Part shown: positions 63,201 to 64,000 of the stretch, piece by piece | Layout of the letters: the number at the start of each line of letters is the position of its first letter | Numbering within the stretch: the stretch's first letter is position 1 | NCBI RefSeq assembly: GCF_000315625.1 | Contig: NW_005434607.1 | Location: 122,825 to 186,824 of the forward strand | Direction: 5' to 3' | DNA from: Guillardia theta CCMP2712 | Taxonomy: Eukaryota > Protista > Cryptophyta | Length of the DNA: 64,000 bases | Notes under the pieces: model-generated | Told to the model about the DNA's origin: nothing | Seen by the model: the letters and a program-made list of their open reading frames with translations, nothing else | Database searches by the model: none | Position numbers and translations under genes: made by a program

Positions 63201-64000
63201 TTGAACTTTCACTTGGTGTCTACAAGAATTCCCACCTCTTCGTGATGATCTTCGGCTCCGATCACGTGACCCCCGGTCAACCAGTTCTCGCTGTCCGAGG
63301 AGTCAAAGTCCGGATGACCCTCGCTGCTGCCCCCCGATCCCGACAAGAGCCTGACATTTCTGTTCAATCCTCCGCCTCTCCTGTCCTCTCCTCTCCTCTC
63401 CTCTCCTCTCCTCTCCTCTCCTCTCCCACCTCCCCTCCTCTCCTCTCATCTCTCTCCCTCCTCCTCTTCCGTACCTTCCATGCTCGCTTCCTCCGCTGCT
63501 CCCCCCCGACAAGAATCTGCCGCGTGATCATCATGCGGCTGTAGGGAAAGAAGGATGCAGGGACCTTTCGCGTGAGAGCATGTGGTAGGAGGAAAGCGCA
63601 GCGACTTCTCGCAGGCTTCCCTTGCTGCTGGGAGAGAAACCGGACGGCGAGTCGCTCCCGGAGGCCTTGGACTCCTCGGACAGGGTGCTGAGCCTGGCTG
63701 GGGACTCAGAGGAGACGGGTCCGTCACTTGCTCTACCTCCTGCATGCGTTGCAGACCCGCTGGTTCTCCCTGCGGTAGCCCTTGGCCTGAGGAAAGGATG
63801 AGGAGCGGCGGAGAGAGAGGAGGCAGCTTCCTCGTTGTAGAGGTCCATCCGGTTGTGGCTGCAAGACGAGCACACGACCCTCCCGCACTTTCGGCCTGTG
63901 CATGGCCTTCAAGGCGAGGAGGAGGAGGAGGAGGAGGAGGAGGAGGAGGAGGAGGAGGAGGAGGAGGAGGAGGAGGAGGAGGAGGAGGAGGAGGAGGAGG
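60262..64000 (-). CDS. 3' part of a multi-exon gene ending in an F5/8-type-C / Sad1-UNC-like domain of the HECTD1 / plant BTB-associated type
   Basis: Spliced by eye: GLFYWLGSCGGTRDWINP...VRVTGSS...GAWFQVELPEGIQLQPTHYCLRHGYSSGAH-LRNWKFL...DESLKGPYAVRTWQIP...ARFFKVVTTGGNSINGTQLVCGGFELYG (61.7-60.5 kb). Upstream exons are poorly resolved and probably extend beyond the window. Confidence 0.65.
62714..62780. repeat. (GAA)n microsatellite
   Basis: Trinucleotide run with one interruption. Confidence 0.95.
63385..63425. repeat. (CTCTC)n microsatellite
   Basis: Pentanucleotide run. Confidence 0.85.
63916..64000. repeat. (GAG)n microsatellite running off the window end
   Basis: Perfect trinucleotide run. 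Confidence 0.95.

Overview
Eukaryotic nuclear DNA from a flagellated protist. Genes are densely packed, with short (~45-70 bp) spliceosomal introns, microsatellite-filled introns and GC/ACCC-rich intergenic islands; this style suggests a cryptophyte such as Guillardia theta (inference). In order, the window holds: an inner-arm dynein heavy chain (DNAH10/I1-alpha type) in one 13.4-kb exon; PDIA6; a ~3000-aa modular LRR protein; a signal-peptide TPR protein; a WW-coiled-coil-C2 protein; a dynein LC4-like EF-hand protein; a TIR-SAM-ARM protein; a CxHx6CxxC repeat protein; a nocturnin-like EEP enzyme interrupted by an assembly gap; a degenerate calcineurin-like phosphoesterase; BUD13; an intronless orphan ORF between GC-rich islands; a >3000-aa cadherin-like/PSI multipass membrane protein; and the 3' part of a gene with a HECTD1/BTB-associated discoidin-like domain. 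The best finding is the 7-exon gene at 36722-33853 (-). Its N-terminal TIR domain is split over small exons and only a fragment shows in the ORF track. It keeps the catalytic Glu and is followed by a SAM domain and ~13 ARM repeats, i.e. the SARM1 domain set in reverse order. Exon boundaries were read by eye and need RNA-seq confirmation.
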